Origin: Gammaproteobacteria bacterium
GTDB taxonomy: Bacteria > Pseudomonadota > Gammaproteobacteria > Arenicellales > JAJDZL01
Assembly (NCBI GenBank): GCA_047517965.1
Contig: JAKZRU010000017.1
Span: 15,122-79,121 of the forward strand
DNA length: 64,000 bases
Direction of reading: 5' to 3'
Positions 27,221 to 37,842 of this stretch are shown here, piece after piece (within the stretch, counting starts at the first letter, position 1; each line of letters begins with the position of its first letter). The notes beneath the pieces were generated by a model that made no database searches, was not told the DNA's origin, and worked only from the letters and a program-made list of their open reading frames with translations. The translations under genes were made by a program, and so were the position numbers.

Positions 27221-28733
27221 TCCTTGAGCCGCCCATCAATAGTCCGATTTTTTCGGCCGTTATGCTCGATACTGAATGTGCCTCAGATAGCCGACCAGCA
27301 AACATGACGGCTATGCGACCACAAAGTTCCATAAGTTCATCCAAGTCTTGAGAAACGACCAGAACCGCAGTTCCGTTCGCAGCCAATTCCAGCAGTGCTT
27401 TGTGAATGACGAGCTGCGACCCAGCATCAACTCCCCAAGTGGGTTGAGAAGCGATCATTAACAGTGGATACTGAAGAATTTCGCGCCCAATCAGAAATTT
27501 TTGCAGATTGCCGCCCGATAGACTTCCTGCATCTGCATGAATCCCAGAGTGTTTTACGTCAAAGGTGTCGCAAGTCTTTTGTGCGTATTGGCGCGCATTG
27601 GCGTGGTGCATCCACAGATTGCCGGTCAGGTTGTAGCGTTTGTGGCCACTCAGAAATACATTCTCCGTAAGCGACATGCTCGCTACCGCACCATGCCCGA
27701 GACGTTCTTCCGGCACGATTGCCGCACCGAGGTCCCTGCGAACTCGAATGCCGGATAGACCGCAGGAAATTCCACCGATTTTGATAGCGGAATTCTTTTC
27801 AGCTAAAAATTCCCCGGACAACATTTCCATCAGTTCAGTCTGTCCGTTCCCGGCAACGCCTGCGATACCGAAAATTTCTCCGGCGCGAACATCAAATCCA
27901 ATCTCTTGCAAAGAAATGCTGCGTTCGTTTTCTGCAGTTCGCGACAGACCATAAACCTCCAATATCGGATTCCCAGCAGCTTTCAATTCATATGTGGGTG
28001 GGCTAAGCGTCTTGCCAATCATCATTTCCGCAAGACTTCGAGTACTCTCCTTTGTTGGGTCGCACTGTGCGACGACTTTACCCTGTCGAAGAATTGTCGC
28101 GTGATGACATAAAACCTGAATTTCTTCGAGCTTGTGACTGATGTAGAGAATTGCACATCCCTGGTCGGCAAGTTTTCGTAACACACCGAACAACTTTTCC
28201 GACTCCTGCGGTGTCAACACGGAAGTTGGTTCATCCATGATGAGAAGCCTCGGAGATTGCAGCAGACAACGGACAATTTCAACTCGCTGTCGCTCGCCTA
28301 CCGACAGGCTGAACACATCTCTTTCTGGGTCAAGTTCCAATCCATAAGTCTCTGAGACGGTACGGATTTCTTCGGCGAGAGCATCTCCCCTCTTTTCTGA
28401 CTTTACCGCCAGTTCAATATTCTCACGTACGGTCATCGCTTCAAATAGTGCAAAATGCTGAAACACCATGCCAATTCCCATCTGACGCGCTTGCGCCGGG
28501 CTTGATAGATTCACTATTTCGCCTTTCCAGCGGACGGAACCCGCATCAGCCGAGTAATAGCCGTAGATGATTTTAACGAGTGTGCTTTTGCCCGCACCAT
28601 TTTCGCCTAGCAATGCATGAATCTGACCACTGGCTACTGAAAAATCGACCGCATCATTCGCTAATACGCCTGGAAAGGCTTTGGTAATGCCTTTCAATTC
28701 CAGCAGTGGAATGCTTTCAGATATTTCCGGCAT
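27186..28733 (-). CDS. ABC transporter ATP-binding protein with two nucleotide-binding domains (sugar/nucleoside-type)
   Basis: 515 aa with Walker A GENGAGKST, an LSVGERQR signature, and a second NBD with an LSGGNLQK signature. Confidence 0.9.
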   Translation of the reverse strand: MPEISESIPLLELKGITKAFPGVLANDAVDFSVASGQIHALLGENGAGKSTLVKIIYGYYSADAGSVRWKGEIVNLSSPAQARQMGIGMVFQHFALFEAMTVRENIELAVKSEKRGDALAEEIRTVSETYGLELDPERDVFSLSVGERQRVEIVRCLLQSPRLLIMDEPTSVLTPQESEKLFGVLRKLADQGCAILYISHKLEEIQVLCHHATILRQGKVVAQCDPTKESTRSLAEMMIGKTLSPPTYELKAAGNPILEVYGLSRTAENERSISLQEIGFDVRAGEIFGIAGVAGNGQTELMEMLSGEFLAEKNSAIKIGGISCGLSGIRVRRDLGAAIVPEERLGHGAVASMSLTENVFLSGHKRYNLTGNLWMHHANARQYAQKTCDTFDVKHSGIHADAGSLSGGNLQKFLIGREILQYPLLMIASQPTWGVDAGSQLVIHKALLELAANGTAVLVVSQDLDELMELCGRIAVMFAGRLSEAHSVSSITAEKIGLLMGGSRIEEHEGVSHAT

Positions 28734-28769
28734 TGATGGGGTTCCAGTTGATTCCTGCGATCGAAAAAT

Positions 28770-29819
28770 TCAGGACGTAACGAAAGTTTCCAGTGATCCA
28801 GATTTTTTATCCGAATCCAGCGACATTGCTTCAAATGCTTCCTGATGGGCTTCGAGCAGTTGTGCTGCGGTCGACATGGCTATAACAGCAGGCAACTTTC
28901 CTTTTATGCTGTCAAGTCCGATCGGACAGTGCAAACGGTGCAGCGTAAACGAATCTACGCCGTCTTCAATGAATCTTTTTTCGAACCTCTTTCTCTTGGT
29001 TTCGGAGCCAATCAGCCCAAGCCAACCAAATTCTCTTCCTTGAAGTATTTTAAGACACAATTCGTAGTCTAGACCATGACTGTGCGTCATGACGACATAA
29101 AACACACCTGATTGCGGGTTGTCGAGCGCTTCAAGTGGATCTTCCAGATGCCTTACGACAGCATTGTCAGGTATATCCTGCGGGAATAGGTCCTCGCGTT
29201 GGTCGATCCACTCAACCTGAAAAGGTAAATCCTGAAGCAGTTTAACCAATGCCTTGCCGACATGCCCTGCACCAAAAAGAACGATTTTTGAAGGTTGCTC
29301 CTCAAGTCTCGTCAGGAACCATTCTTCTTCTCCGTCTGAAACAAGTCTTGAACTGGGCTCGGCAGTTTCGACCATAGATTCTGCAACGCTGGAAAGAAAA
29401 TCAGGTAATTCTCTCCAATCATGCTTTGTATTTAATACCATCGTCGCTGCCTGACTCGCCACTGGACTGACCAGTATATGGATTTGTCGATTCCCTCTGT
29501 GTTCCAATTCATTACATAGGTGAGTTGCGACGTTTCCTGAAAATTTTTCGAACAGCAGGCGAACCGCACCCCCGCAGCATTGGCTCATCGTGATTCCCAG
29601 ACCAACGAATTCATCTCTGCGAATGGATTCTCCCGGTTGATTCAGCATTTCCCTCGCCTTTCGTATCGCCTCATGCTCCAAATTTCCGCCGCCGATACTA
29701 TCGACGGAAGAAATTTTCGAGACTGCAATACGCGCTCCGATATCTCTTGGTGCAGATCCATTGGTCTCAATTACCGTGACAATTACGACTGACTCTCCGC
29801 GTTTCGTGAGAGCGAGCAT
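28770..29819 (-). CDS. xdhC: Xanthine dehydrogenase accessory/maturation protein XdhC
   Basis: XdhC/CoxI family pattern (VIVTVIETNGSAPRDIGARIAV) and a C-terminal Rossmann-like sequence KIVLFGAGHVGKAL. Start set at MLALTK (29819). An alternative TTG at 29834-29836 overlaps the xdhB stop. The longer ORF to 29918 overlaps xdhB. Confidence 0.8.
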   Translation of the reverse strand: MLALTKRGESVVIVTVIETNGSAPRDIGARIAVSKISSVDSIGGGNLEHEAIRKAREMLNQPGESIRRDEFVGLGITMSQCCGGAVRLLFEKFSGNVATHLCNELEHRGNRQIHILVSPVASQAATMVLNTKHDWRELPDFLSSVAESMVETAEPSSRLVSDGEEEWFLTRLEEQPSKIVLFGAGHVGKALVKLLQDLPFQVEWIDQREDLFPQDIPDNAVVRHLEDPLEALDNPQSGVFYVVMTHSHGLDYELCLKILQGREFGWLGLIGSETKRKRFEKRFIEDGVDSFTLHRLHCPIGLDSIKGKLPAVIAMSTAAQLLEAHQEAFEAMSLDSDKKSGSLETFVTS

Positions 29820-29833
29820 TTCATGCAGCCACT

Positions 29834-32164
29834 TCAATTCTGTTGCCTCGATTTGCTGATATCCTGAATTGCTATCAAAACGCGTTCTGGAGTCGCGGGA
29901 GCATCCAGCTTCGGCCAACGCTGGTAGTCGGTCAAACTGGAAATCGCATCTGAAATCGCGCTGAATACCGATATGGCGAGCATGAGCGGCGGTTCACCAA
30001 CTGCTTTGGATCGATAAATTGTGTCCTCTCGATTGCGCCCGTGTGCCCATATTTTGACGTAGAACTCTTCCGGCACATCGCCACAGGTCGGTATCTTGTA
30101 GGTTGAGGGAGCATGAGTACAGAGCGCACCCTTACTATCCCACCACAGCTCTTCGCTGGTCAGCCAACCTGCCCCCTGCACAAAACCGCCTTCAATCTGA
30201 CCAATATCGACAGCTGGATTGATGGATTTCCCAACATCATGCAGGATGTCGACGCGACGAATCCGGTGCTCGCCGGTCAGACAATCCAATTCCACCTCGC
30301 TGACTGCGGCACCGTAGCCAAAATAGTAGAATGGACGGCCTGTCATCTGTGTTCGATCCCAGTTTATTTTCGGAGTTCGATAATATCCAGTCGCAGACAG
30401 TGGAACACGTTGACGATTGGCGTGACCGACGAGGTCTGCAAATTCGACCGACTGTTTTCCTGCTATGACCTGTCCCCTCTTGAAGTAAACACTGTCTTCA
30501 TGCACGCCAAACATCTTTGCGGCAACTTTTGTCAGGCGTTTCTTGATTTTCAGTGCCGCATTCTGTGCTGCTTTACCATTGATATCTGAGCCCGAAGAAG
30601 CAGCTGTTGCCGAAGTATTCGGAACTCGCGAAGTATTGGTTTCGGTTATCTTGACCGATTCGAGAGGTACTGAGAATTCATCGGCGACTACCTGGGCGAC
30701 TTTGATGAACAGTCCCTGTCCCATTTCTGTTCCACCATGATTGAGGTGAATGCTGCCATCGGTGTAGACATGCACCAGGGCACTGGCCTGATTGTAATGC
30801 GTCATGGTAAAAGAGATGCCAAACTTCACTGGAGTCAGAGAGATCCCTCTTCGGATTGTTTCAAATCCCCGATTCAGAGAATGAATTTCCTGGCGACGAC
30901 TTTCATATTCCGAAGACTGGATCAATTCTCTGGTCAGTTCCGACAAGACGAAATCATCAACATTCATGCGATAGGGTGTAACGTTTCGAGGTTGGTCGCC
31001 ATAATAATTCAGGAGCCGAATCTGCAGGGGACCCTTCTGAAGCTTACAGGCAATCTCATCCAGAATTCGCTCAATGCACAGCATTCCCTGAGGCGCGCCG
31101 AATCCCCGAAATGCAGTGTTCGACACAGTATTTGTTCGACACAGTCGAGTCGTCGCATGGACGTTTTCGAGATAGTAGGCATTGTCAAGGTGCAATAGTG
31201 CTCGATCGTTGATCGGGCGAGACAGATCCGCGGAGTATCCGCAACGGGAAGCCATGTTTACTACCAGACCTTGAATCCGGCCCTCTGCATCAAATCCCAC
31301 ATCATATTCAAACCGGAAATCGTGACGCTTACCGGTAGACAGCATGTCGATGTCTCGGTCGAGTCTTAGTTTCGCAGGACGACCTGTGCGATGAGCGACA
31401 ATTGCGGCAATACAGGCCCATTGGGCGGCCTGCGTTTCCTTGCCGCCGAATCCACCGCCCATGCGACGAACCTCGACAATTATGGAATTCAACGGCTTGT
31501 TCAAGACCTGAGCTACCAGCAACTGAACTTCCGACGGATGCTGGGTTGAGGAATAAATCAGAATATCGCCGCCTTCTCGGGGAATCGCCATAGCTGCTTG
31601 GCCTTCCAGATAGAAGTGATCCTGCCCGCCACACTTCAGCGTTCCTTGCAGCCGATTCGTTGCGTTTTCAAGAGCTGCTTGGGCATCTCCGAAACTCACA
31701 GTTGATTTCGGAAGCACGTAAGACTCTTTTTCCAGTGCATCTTCAATCGACAGAATGGGATCTTCAAGTTCGTATTCGATCTGAGCATTGCTGCACGCAT
31801 CGCGAGCTTGCGATTCGGATTCGGCAGCAACCGCGAAAAGAACCTGCCCCATAAAATCTACTCGATCTTGTGCAAAAACTGGATCATCGCCATTTGTCGG
31901 ACTGCAGTCGTTCTTACCCACTACTGAATCTGAATTCAAAACCGCAACCACTCCCGGAGATGATTCGACTGCGCGAGTATCCATCGAGAGAATTCGGGCA
32001 CTGGCATGCGCACTCAATGCAACCCAGACATAAAGCAGATTACGAAGTTCCGGTATGTCATCGACGTATAAGGCCTCGCCCGAAACATGCCTTTCGGCAC
32101 TGTCGTGCGCAATCGGCAGATGCACTGACAACGCTGCTGAAACTTCGTGTGCCTGGTCACCCAT
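29834..32164 (-). CDS. xdhB: Xanthine dehydrogenase, molybdopterin-binding subunit
   Basis: 776 aa in the aldehyde oxidase/xanthine dehydrogenase Mo-binding family (GGGFGGKE and AFRGFG motifs). It lies downstream of xdhA with an 8-nt overlap. Confidence 0.9.
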   Translation of the reverse strand: MGDQAHEVSAALSVHLPIAHDSAERHVSGEALYVDDIPELRNLLYVWVALSAHASARILSMDTRAVESSPGVVAVLNSDSVVGKNDCSPTNGDDPVFAQDRVDFMGQVLFAVAAESESQARDACSNAQIEYELEDPILSIEDALEKESYVLPKSTVSFGDAQAALENATNRLQGTLKCGGQDHFYLEGQAAMAIPREGGDILIYSSTQHPSEVQLLVAQVLNKPLNSIIVEVRRMGGGFGGKETQAAQWACIAAIVAHRTGRPAKLRLDRDIDMLSTGKRHDFRFEYDVGFDAEGRIQGLVVNMASRCGYSADLSRPINDRALLHLDNAYYLENVHATTRLCRTNTVSNTAFRGFGAPQGMLCIERILDEIACKLQKGPLQIRLLNYYGDQPRNVTPYRMNVDDFVLSELTRELIQSSEYESRRQEIHSLNRGFETIRRGISLTPVKFGISFTMTHYNQASALVHVYTDGSIHLNHGGTEMGQGLFIKVAQVVADEFSVPLESVKITETNTSRVPNTSATAASSGSDINGKAAQNAALKIKKRLTKVAAKMFGVHEDSVYFKRGQVIAGKQSVEFADLVGHANRQRVPLSATGYYRTPKINWDRTQMTGRPFYYFGYGAAVSEVELDCLTGEHRIRRVDILHDVGKSINPAVDIGQIEGGFVQGAGWLTSEELWWDSKGALCTHAPSTYKIPTCGDVPEEFYVKIWAHGRNREDTIYRSKAVGEPPLMLAISVFSAISDAISSLTDYQRWPKLDAPATPERVLIAIQDISKSRQQN

Positions 32165-33620
32165 GTCGCTCTGCCCACACGCTCGTCGCCTGTTCGCTCG
32201 TCCACTCGTTTACAAAGCGCTGAATCAGATTGCCAGCGACCAAAGAGCGATAATCCGAACTACCCCTAAAGTCGGTGATCGGCGAGAAATCCAATTTCAA
32301 TGCTTGTTTCGCTTTGTGCACACTGTCGTCACTTGCAAGTCCATTGCTCATCAGTGCATTCTCGCAGTTTCTTGCTCGAAGCGGCGTTGCCGCCATTCCC
32401 CCATAACAAACTCGAATCCTGTAGTTGGAGTTCGATTCTTTTGTTATTGAAAACGCGCCGCAGACTGCTGAAATATCTTGATGGAATCGTTTCGACAACT
32501 TGTAGATCATGAATTTCTGATTTGCTGCAGGCAATGGCACATCGACTCTTTCAAGGAATTCTCCGAGCTGCAAATCCTGTTTTCCATAGTCAATGAAGAA
32601 ATCCTCTGCAGGCACAGTGCGCGACCCGGTTGAACTCGTGATTGTTAATTTCGCATCCAGAGCAATTAAAGCCGGCAGGCTATCTCCGATCGGAGAACCG
32701 TTGGCTACGTTGCCACCAATGGTAGCAAGATTTCGTATTTGTACTGACCCATAGCGTCGAAACAACTCTTCCAGTGCCGGGTAATATTCAGACAACACTT
32801 TCATTGCGTCACTTACAGTCGCTGCACCACCAATCTGAATTTGACTTTCTGTCACGTTGATTTCTTTCATCACTTCAATGCCACCTGTGTAAACGACGGT
32901 TTCCAGATGACGTCTTTGCTTTGTTACCCAAATTCCCACGTCCGTGGCGCCAGCAACGATACGGCTTTTAGGATGACGGTTCAAAACTTGCGCCAACCCT
33001 GCAACCGTATCCGGTGCAAAATATGCCTGACCATTAGCAGTCAGTTCAACCGATGCTGAAGCGTCAAGTTGTGACAATTTTTGAATGGTTTTACTCTCGG
33101 CTTTATCAAATTCATCCCGGATGATCGACGACAGCATCTTGCGGGTTGCCCGAACAATTGGAGCATACCCAGTACATCGACATAGATTACCGGCAAGCGC
33201 ATCATCAATTGACTTTCTGCTGCTGGAACTTCGATTGTGATACATCGCAAACATCGACATAACAAAACCCGGTGTGCAGAAACCACACTGCGAACCATGC
33301 TCGTCAACGAGCGCCTGTTGGGCAGGATGAAGTTCTCCGTTTGCATCTTTCAGGTGCTCAACTGTGATCAACTGTTTACCATGCAGAAACGGAACAAACA
33401 TGATGCATGAATTAACCGCTTTGTAGCTGATTTTTTCACTTTCTTTTTCGGCGACAACGACGGTACAGGCACCACAATCGCCTTCAGCACAACCTTCCTT
33501 GGTGCCGACCATTCGCTCAACCTTCCGAAGATATTCAAGCACTGTCAACGTAGGGGAGACATCTTTCAGTTCTCTCGGTTCCTGACCCAACAGGAATCGA
33601 ATTGAATCAGCCGTTGTCAT
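32157..33620 (-). CDS. xdhA: Xanthine dehydrogenase, small subunit (2Fe-2S plus FAD-binding domains)
   Basis: 487 aa. The first cluster is CAEGDCGACTV, the second is CGFCTPGFVMS...CRCTGY, and a CO-dehydrogenase-flavoprotein-like FAD domain follows. Confidence 0.9.
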   Translation of the reverse strand: MTTADSIRFLLGQEPRELKDVSPTLTVLEYLRKVERMVGTKEGCAEGDCGACTVVVAEKESEKISYKAVNSCIMFVPFLHGKQLITVEHLKDANGELHPAQQALVDEHGSQCGFCTPGFVMSMFAMYHNRSSSSRKSIDDALAGNLCRCTGYAPIVRATRKMLSSIIRDEFDKAESKTIQKLSQLDASASVELTANGQAYFAPDTVAGLAQVLNRHPKSRIVAGATDVGIWVTKQRRHLETVVYTGGIEVMKEINVTESQIQIGGAATVSDAMKVLSEYYPALEELFRRYGSVQIRNLATIGGNVANGSPIGDSLPALIALDAKLTITSSTGSRTVPAEDFFIDYGKQDLQLGEFLERVDVPLPAANQKFMIYKLSKRFHQDISAVCGAFSITKESNSNYRIRVCYGGMAATPLRARNCENALMSNGLASDDSVHKAKQALKLDFSPITDFRGSSDYRSLVAGNLIQRFVNEWTSEQATSVWAERHG

Positions 33621-33970
33621 CAGCTTCCCCGATAGGTTGAATAGCCATAGCGTGACAGCAGTAGGGGAACGTGATAGTGTTGATCTGCATCAGCAACGCC
33701 GAACCGAATCACTACTTCATCAAGAAACCCGGACTCACCCTGATCAATGCCTTTGGACTTGAAGTACGCTCCAGCCTGAAAGATCAATTCGTAAGTTCCA
33801 GCAACAAAAGACTCTCCCTCAAGCAAGGGTTGATCAATGCGTCCATCCTGATTCGTTACACCGCTTTGCAGGTGCTCTCGTACATCGTTGAGACAATAAA
33901 GATCGACTCGGATATCACCTCCCGGACATCCGTGTACCAAATCCAATACGTGAGTCGTTAGTTTCCCCAC
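33620..33970 (-). CDS. uraH: 5-hydroxyisourate hydrolase (transthyretin-like)
   Basis: 116 aa. The N-terminus is LTTHVLD and the diagnostic C-terminus is YSTYRGS. Confidence 0.9.
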   Translation of the reverse strand: MGKLTTHVLDLVHGCPGGDIRVDLYCLNDVREHLQSGVTNQDGRIDQPLLEGESFVAGTYELIFQAGAYFKSKGIDQGESGFLDEVVIRFGVADADQHYHVPLLLSRYGYSTYRGS

Positions 33971-33986
33971 TACTCGCCCTTCCAGT

Positions 33987-35195
33987 TTATGGACTGGCTG
34001 CGGTTTGCGCAGTTTTGTTCAGTTCAGCATACCAACTGGAAATCAGTTGTCGTTCTTCGTCCGTCATCTTTGATAAATTTCCGATTGGCATGGAGCGAGT
34101 CGCGACGGCCGCAGTAAAGATACGCGAAGCTAACTGTGTTATCTGATCATCCGAGTCCAAGACAATGCCTCCAGGTGCAATTTGAAATCCCGGCTGTATC
34201 GGAGCCGCGGAATGGCATACGGTACAGCGTTCGTGAATGATGCTCCGAACACTATCAATAGTAATTGATTGTAATTCATCAGAACCCATTCTTGATTTCG
34301 GCACGGTTAAGAATGCGATGCCAGTAGCTACGATTAAGGCAGCCAACAGTAGCCACCACTTCGGTCCTGCAAGGTGGCGAACATTGAAATAATGCCGTAC
34401 CAGAATTCCAACAATTCCTAGTCCAATAAGGACAAGCCAGTTCCATGAACCGCTGAACGTTGACGGATAGTGGCTGCTGATCATGATAAACAGCACCGGT
34501 AGCGTCAGATAGTTGTTGTGTCGCGAGCGCGTCAACGCTGCTTTGCCAAGTTCTGCATCCGGAGTGCCACCGACTTTCATTGCATTGACCAGCGACTTCT
34601 GCGATGGAATGATGACTGCCATCACATTCAAGACCATGATCGTACCAATTGCGGAACCTACGTGAATGTAGGCCCCACGGCCGCTGAACATTTGACAGAG
34701 AACGAAAGTAAGTAGGGAAAAATAGACAAATACGATGGCTGCCAGAATACGAGGTCTTCGATTGACGGGAGACGCGCACAGTCGGTCATAGAAAATCCAT
34801 GAAACAATCAAAGATCCCAAGCCAATTATCGTACCGAGTAGCGGAGTGAGGTCGTAAATGGAAGCATCAAGCAGATATACCCTCGCGTTCAGATAGAAAA
34901 CAAGGACTAGCAGTGCAAGGCCGGTAAACCAGGTGAAATACGCTTCCCACTTAAACCAGTGTAGCTCGGCGGGAAGTTTATCTGGGGCCACTTCGTATTT
35001 CTGAATATGATAGAAGCCGCCGCCATGTATCGCCCACAAATCACCCTCAAGTGCGGAATTTTCTTGAGCTCCCCGTTGCAGACGATTTTCAAGCCAGTTG
35101 AAATAAAAGGATGCACCAATCCACGCAATGCCAACTGTCAGATGCGCCCAGCGTAATGCCAGTTCCAGCCATTCTCCAAAATGTGATTCGATCAT
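33987..35195 (-). CDS. puuD: Membrane urate hydroxylase PuuD (cytochrome c-containing)
   Basis: 402-aa polytopic N-terminal domain plus a C-terminal CxxCH haem motif (CTVCHS). It is adjacent to uraH and xdh. Confidence 0.8.
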   Translation of the reverse strand: MIESHFGEWLELALRWAHLTVGIAWIGASFYFNWLENRLQRGAQENSALEGDLWAIHGGGFYHIQKYEVAPDKLPAELHWFKWEAYFTWFTGLALLVLVFYLNARVYLLDASIYDLTPLLGTIIGLGSLIVSWIFYDRLCASPVNRRPRILAAIVFVYFSLLTFVLCQMFSGRGAYIHVGSAIGTIMVLNVMAVIIPSQKSLVNAMKVGGTPDAELGKAALTRSRHNNYLTLPVLFIMISSHYPSTFSGSWNWLVLIGLGIVGILVRHYFNVRHLAGPKWWLLLAALIVATGIAFLTVPKSRMGSDELQSITIDSVRSIIHERCTVCHSAAPIQPGFQIAPGGIVLDSDDQITQLASRIFTAAVATRSMPIGNLSKMTDEERQLISSWYAELNKTAQTAASP

Positions 35196-35429
35196 AGGAT
35201 TCGCTGCGATTCAGTCTGTTTGTAATGCCTGACAATAATTGTAGCCTTAACCAATCGACGGCAGTCCAAGTCACAGCAGGCTCGTTGATGCAACTTAGGC
35301 GCCAGTAGACTCGCTTGGCAGTTACACTAATATATACTGCTTACCGCATTCCTGAAGTCATCAAGATTGCGGTAGTGTTATTCCCCGTTTCCATAGAACC
35401 ACACAACATCTGATTCGACAATTTTTATC

Positions 35430-36947
35430 GTGAACGCAAATTTCTTTACAATTTTGCAACATCAAATGGTGAATTCAGCAGACCAGATATTTCTCGAACT
35501 GCCGGATCGACCTTCCATTACTTATGGGCAAGCCGATCGACTCTCTGCACAGTTGGCAAACAGACTTGCTGAATTCGGACTGGAGCGCGGAGATCGAGTC
35601 ACGGCTCAAATTGAAAAATCTCCAGAAGCGGTGATTCTGTACTTGGCCTGTCTTCGTGCTGGAATTATTTTTCACCCTCTGAATACGGCGTACACAACTA
35701 GCGAATTTGAACACTTTCTTAAGGACGCCAAACCTTTACTGGTTGTCTGCGATCCCGCGAAATTTGAGGAAACAGTTCAGCTTGCAAATCGATACCAAGT
35801 TAAACACGTTCACACCCTTGACGAAAACGGTGATGGGAGCTTGTGGTCTGATGTTTTCTCTTGCAGTGATCAATTTGAAGTTGCTCATCAAAACTCGGAC
35901 GATACGGCACTTTTGATTTACACCTCTGGTACTACCGGTAAACCGAAAGGTGCGATGATAACGCACCACAACCTATCCTCCAATGCTGCGAGTCTAGTCA
36001 AGATTTGGGGTTGGTCCTCGTCCGATGTTCTTCTTCACGTTTTACCGCTTTTTCATGTTCACGGATTGTGCGTAGGATTGCACTGTCCGATGTTACTGGC
36101 GTCTCGGATCCTCTTTCAGTCCAGATTCTCGGTTACAGAAAGCATCAGTCTGATCGCGGGAGCATCCGTGATGATGGCGGTACCAACTATTTACTCCCGA
36201 CTGCTATCTCACCCTCAATTGACAAGAGAACTCTGCAGAAGTTTTCGATTGTTCATTTCCGGCTCGGCACCCTTGCTGCCGGAGACATTCAAAGAATTTG
36301 AACAGCGCACCGGACACAGAATTCTTGAGCGATATGGAATGTCGGAAGCTCAGATGATCGCTTCCAATCCGCTGCAGGGAGAACGAATTCCAGGAACAGT
36401 CGGTTATCCGCTACCCGATGTAAATCTCCGCGTCTGCAATGAAGAAGGCGACCCGCTCAACAACGGACAGATCGGTAAACTGGAAATCAAAGGTCCCAAT
36501 CTGTTCAAGGGCTATTGGCAGAACCCTGATGCAACTCGGGCGGTTGTTCGGGACGACGGCCATTTTGTAACCGGTGACCTGGCGACTGTATCAGACGATA
36601 ACAGGCTGACTATCGTTGGCAGACAGAGCGATCTGATCATATCGGCAGGATTCAATATCTATCCCAAAGAAGTAGAAATTCAGCTCAACCAGATTCCTGG
36701 CATCATGGATTCAGCCGTCTTCGGAGTTGCGAATTCGGATCTAGGAGAAGCGGTGATTGCTGCAATCATTTTGCAAGGCCGTGGTGTAACGGAAGAAGAA
36801 ATTCTGACAGTTCTCAAGAACAAACTGTCGGCCTTCAAAATTCCAAAGAAATTTATCTATTTGGAGGAATTACCAAGAAATGCAATGGGAAAGGTAGAAA
36901 AGAATCGTCTACGTAAAGAGTATGAATCTACTTTCAAGGATGAATAG
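35430..36947 (+). CDS. matB: AMP-dependent acyl-CoA synthetase, malonyl-CoA synthetase (MatB)-like
   Basis: 505 aa. QIEKSPEAVILYLACLRAGIIFHPLNTAYT closely resembles the MatB N-terminal region. The AMP-binding motif is YTSGTTGKPKG. GTG start. Confidence 0.7.
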   Translation: MNANFFTILQHQMVNSADQIFLELPDRPSITYGQADRLSAQLANRLAEFGLERGDRVTAQIEKSPEAVILYLACLRAGIIFHPLNTAYTTSEFEHFLKDAKPLLVVCDPAKFEETVQLANRYQVKHVHTLDENGDGSLWSDVFSCSDQFEVAHQNSDDTALLIYTSGTTGKPKGAMITHHNLSSNAASLVKIWGWSSSDVLLHVLPLFHVHGLCVGLHCPMLLASRILFQSRFSVTESISLIAGASVMMAVPTIYSRLLSHPQLTRELCRSFRLFISGSAPLLPETFKEFEQRTGHRILERYGMSEAQMIASNPLQGERIPGTVGYPLPDVNLRVCNEEGDPLNNGQIGKLEIKGPNLFKGYWQNPDATRAVVRDDGHFVTGDLATVSDDNRLTIVGRQSDLIISAGFNIYPKEVEIQLNQIPGIMDSAVFGVANSDLGEAVIAAIILQGRGVTEEEILTVLKNKLSAFKIPKKFIYLEELPRNAMGKVEKNRLRKEYESTFKDE

Positions 36948-36956
36948 GGAAAGAAC

Positions 36957-37775
36957 TTATTTGGCTGACTCCTGTAACTGGCGAGCCAATCCATCCATCA
37001 ACCCGGATACACCACCCAGCGACCAGCCTCCATCAACCGGTATCACCGCTCCGGTTACATAAGCGGCCAATGGCGATGCCAGAAACATCGCTACCTTGCC
37101 GATATCCGAAGTATTTCCCAAGCGTCTGAGAGGCACGGATTCCGTCACTTGATCCAACAGTGTCTGCGTCGGTGCCAACCGTTTCATTCCTTCGGTGCCC
37201 TCTATCGGCCCCGGAACGATGGAATTGACACGCAATCCTTCACCGCCCCACTCCATGGCAAGCGTTCGGGTAATCATGTCTACTCCAGCTTTGGCAGCGC
37301 AAACATGCGACTGAAGAATCATGGGGATGAACGCTTGAGGTGCAGAAATATTGACTACCGAACCACCCGGCTTGCTTAAATGTGGATGTGCGGCTCGAAG
37401 CACGTGATAAGTCCCCATCAGATCAATATTCACTACTGCAGCAAAGCCATTCGGGGACATGTCAGTTGCTCGTGCCGGGAAATTACCGGCTGCACCAGAT
37501 ATCAGCACGTCGAATGTTCCCAATTCTTGTCGAATCTCTTCAAAAACCGCTTCCAGTCGTGAATATTCGCGGACATCCGCGCTGAATCCTACGACCAGAC
37601 CGCCCCATTCCATCAGGCGGGATTTAGCACTAGCGACTTTCTCTTCTGAGCGGCTTATTACTCCAATGCTGGCGCCGGCTGCTGCAAAATCACACGCGAT
37701 GCCAAAATTGATTCCACTGGTACCACCAACGACTACAACGCTTTTGCCGGAAAATTCCAGAATACCGTCATTCAA
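36957..37775 (-). CDS. Short-chain dehydrogenase/reductase (2,4-dienoyl-CoA-reductase-like SDR)
   Basis: 272 aa with the cofactor motif VVVGGTSGINFG and an SDR catalytic region. Confidence 0.8.
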   Translation of the reverse strand: MNDGILEFSGKSVVVVGGTSGINFGIACDFAAAGASIGVISRSEEKVASAKSRLMEWGGLVVGFSADVREYSRLEAVFEEIRQELGTFDVLISGAAGNFPARATDMSPNGFAAVVNIDLMGTYHVLRAAHPHLSKPGGSVVNISAPQAFIPMILQSHVCAAKAGVDMITRTLAMEWGGEGLRVNSIVPGPIEGTEGMKRLAPTQTLLDQVTESVPLRRLGNTSDIGKVAMFLASPLAAYVTGAVIPVDGGWSLGGVSGLMDGLARQLQESAK

Positions 37776-37842
37776 GATGGAGTTCTCTTGTACTTCAAAA
37801 CCGAATTTGAATACGTCGCTTGGATCGCTGAGGCTTGATTCA

